Of a stretch of 64,000 nt of DNA, positions 63,971 through 64,000 are shown one piece after another. The notes beneath the pieces are model-generated. The model was not told where the DNA came from. It made no database searches and worked only from the letters and a program-made list of their open reading frames with translations. The position numbers and the translations under genes are program-made. Numbering within the stretch: the stretch's first letter is position 1; each line of letters starts with the position of its first letter. The DNA is from Lama glama. Taxonomy: Eukaryota. The stretch covers positions 1,550,001 through 1,614,000 of the forward strand of contig CM052844.1 in the NCBI GenBank assembly GCA_028534125.1. Direction: 5' to 3'.

Positions 63971-64000
63971 ATATTGGAATGGGAAGGACGTATACGGTAA

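Overview
Mammalian genomic DNA, very probably camelid: it carries tRNA-Ala-derived Vic-1-type SINEs and no ruminant or pig SINEs are evident. It is GC-rich and subtelomere-like, with four assembly gaps. The only confidently coding feature is the 55-nt first coding exon of ZNF236 (minus strand, 2869-2815, MPRGRPPKPKESKARGDT) in a CpG-island promoter; the rest of the gene lies left of the window. The remaining ~60 kb is upstream intergenic DNA. It is dense in L1, L2, MIR, MaLR/ERV LTR, hAT and Tigger repeats and has four further CpG-rich promoter-like patches (~26, 35, 43 and 57.5 kb). Nearly all ORF-track entries are chance ORFs. The most notable signals are mostly absent from the ORF track: (1) a nearly complete fossil CR1/L3 endonuclease domain at 59.1-59.8 kb; (2) a fossil RTE-X/L4-like endonuclease domain at 22.4-22.9 kb; (3) a disabled orthologue of the human ZNF236 alternative first exon; (4) an orphan promoter packed with E-boxes, with a chain of minus-strand splice sites; (5) a solo ERV1 LTR with 6 CCAAT boxes and 2 octamers; (6) a 28-bp perfect palindrome; (7) a MER53 hairpin with a miR-1302-like arm. 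I found no evidence for a novel multi-gene system. Gene and repeat family names rest on recalled consensus sequences, not on searches.
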